Notes under the pieces: generated by a model
Told to the model about the DNA's origin: nothing
The model's database searches: none
The model's input: only the letters and a program-made list of their open reading frames with translations
From: Psammoneis japonica
Lineage: Eukaryota
Assembly: GCA_008632985.1 (NCBI GenBank)
Contig: QPGO01000131.1
Coordinates: forward strand, 124,001-188,000
Direction: 5' to 3'
DNA length: 64,000 bases
Made by a program: the position numbers and the translations under genes
Part shown: positions 62,300 through 64,000 of the stretch, piece by piece
Layout: each line of letters opens with the position of its first letter
Position numbering within the stretch: position 1 is the stretch's first letter

Positions 62300-64000
62300 T
62301 CAAGTTGGGAGCGTGATGCGAGTTGGGAGTGCGTCCGTCCGTCTGAACCGCGCAAACTGCCATCATGCCATCATTGCCGCAATCTCCACCTTCTCTTTTT
62401 TTGTGGCTGATCTTTGACTGAAACCCAGCCCAGCCCAGCCAAGGAAAGATCAGGGACTTTGCTTGCGGGGGGATGGCTGGGCCTTGTCAGTGTGAAAAGC
62501 TGTTGTGTGGTGTGTTTTCACAATGCGATCATCTGCTCTTTGCACCCGCTCAAAGTCTTCGCACTCTCTGGCTGACTGGCTCTCCAGTGATGCCTTCGCA
62601 CCAGCGCCAGCCAGTTGGCAGAGGAGGTCCACAAAATGGTTTGAGAGCCACTCTTTGGCTGCCACCATCAGAAGCAAGCACTTCCAAGGGAGGCGACAAC
62701 ACAACATGGCACTGCACTGCTCTGAAATCTGTGCCAACTTTCCAGAGCTTCATTGTTGTCACCCGCAACACTGTTGTTCCTTGAGGATTGAGGACAACCA
62801 CTGCTTTTCTACCACAGTCTCTTGGCTGGCAGCTGCTGGCATGTGTGGGCTGCTGTTGTTTTTTTTTTTGCTGGCCTCCTCCTCTGTCACTGAGCTCTCT
62901 CAATCTTTCTGGCTTGTCTTCACCCTGACGGTGAGCCCACCCATGCCATCCTCTGTCCTTGTCAAAGGATGTGTTGCATCACATCATTCTCACTTCCTCT
63001 TTGCTGTCTCTTTTCTCTCTTTTGAAGCCATGAAAGAAACAGCCAAAGCAGCTCAAGTCACACGAGCCACGTGCCTCATCTTCAAGAGACATCTCTTCCC
63101 TTTTGTCTTGCTCTCATCAAGACTTGTCAAGGAGGTCTGCATCAATGCAGCATGCACAGACTCCACTGACAAAGCAACAGCTGTCATTGTGGAAATGTTG
63201 CTCCATGTGACTGGGCAAATGTGCTGGTGCATGAAGGCACTGACATTTTGGGGTGCGATGAGAGCTCCTCATTTGTGGTGGGTGCTGCAAGCAGCAACTC
63301 CGGTCAGATGGTTGGCCATCCCTGTGGTGCTGGTGTGGCTGTGCTCAGGCACCAATCCCATGGTCAACAAAGCCTTGCACTTGCTCCCATGGTGTGACAA
63401 GAGTCACAAAGAACCAACTTGCCAAGGTGCTTTGCCAGCTGCCAGTGCCCAATGCTGTGGCAGATGCTGGGCAAAGCTCCAAAGCACACATGCAATGTCA
63501 GGGTGTTCCTGCCAATTGGAAGCTGTTGCACCACTCACTGGCAAGGGCACCCTGGCTGAAACTCCAGACTCCCCCAGTTGGGCAGTGTGGTCACTCAAAC
63601 AGCAAACAGGCAAACTCTGTGTGTTTCCACATTTCCAACCACAGCTGGAGCTGTTCTTAATTTGGGTGATGGCATTGCCCCCCCCTGTGTGCAGACCAAG
63701 ACTGCTGCTGGACATTGCAACAACAGTGCTCCACAGGCATCAAAGCACTGTCAGGCACAGGCAAAGTCAGTGATGGCATGTGCAAGAGGGGAGATTCCTT
63801 GCAGCAACGTTGCCCAGAACACCCAGCAATCACCCCTGAGGAACATGATTGAAGGGCTGCCAAAGACAAAGATGCAGCATCCTCAAATTCTTGTCAAGGG
63901 TCCAACAGCATGATGACAGTGATGATGATGATGATGCAAATGTGTTCTTGGAGTGAAAAACCAAGAGACCAGTTGTGGAGAGCACGCCCACAGAGCCACC
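62300..64000. other. TpA-depleted degenerate repeat block running off the window end
   Basis: Almost no TA and few CG; Tyr-free, Cys/His/Trp-rich spurious ORFs. Confidence 0.75.

Noticed and set aside
62505..63773. 422-aa ORF
   Set aside because: Lies in a TA-erased block, has no Tyr and no recognisable domain

Overview
Eukaryotic nuclear DNA, most likely from a diatom (short GT-AG introns, bipartite plastid presequences, a CoDi-like Copia element). The window has two sequence states. (1) A gene-dense compartment (~18.3-32.3 and ~34.7-62.3 kb) with about 17 genes: an LRR membrane protein, mitochondrial SHMT, V-ATPase H, a histidine phosphatase, a flavin-reductase-like protein, Serinc, an acidic secreted protein, a CER1/CER3-like enzyme next to a CYP86-clan P450, an eEF3-like ABC-F, Tic20, an F-box/LRR protein, a CRC-domain protein, TANGO6-like, a pseudouridine synthase, a 2OG-Fe oxygenase and MDP-1. 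Many carry single-base deletions that look like assembly errors. (2) Repeat-derived blocks (1-18.3 kb, ~26.25-27.0 kb, ~32.45-34.6 kb, ~62.3-64 kb) in which the dinucleotide TpA has been almost completely converted to TpG/CpA. The direction of change can be read three ways: conserved Tyr codons of a full-length Copia element (867-7754) now read Cys or His, its two LTRs differ by TG/CA swaps, and a tandem duplication keeps TA at its edges but has lost it in its centre. This points to a repeat-targeted, double-stranded A-to-G hypermutation at TpA, the mirror image of fungal RIP, and is the main candidate novel system. A second, opposing signal is TA-duplicating micro-insertions (TA-GAG-TA, TA-CCGG-TA, TA-CAG-TA) that resemble piled-up Tc1/mariner excision footprints. 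All protein calls are from motif recognition by eye; no database searches or counts were run.
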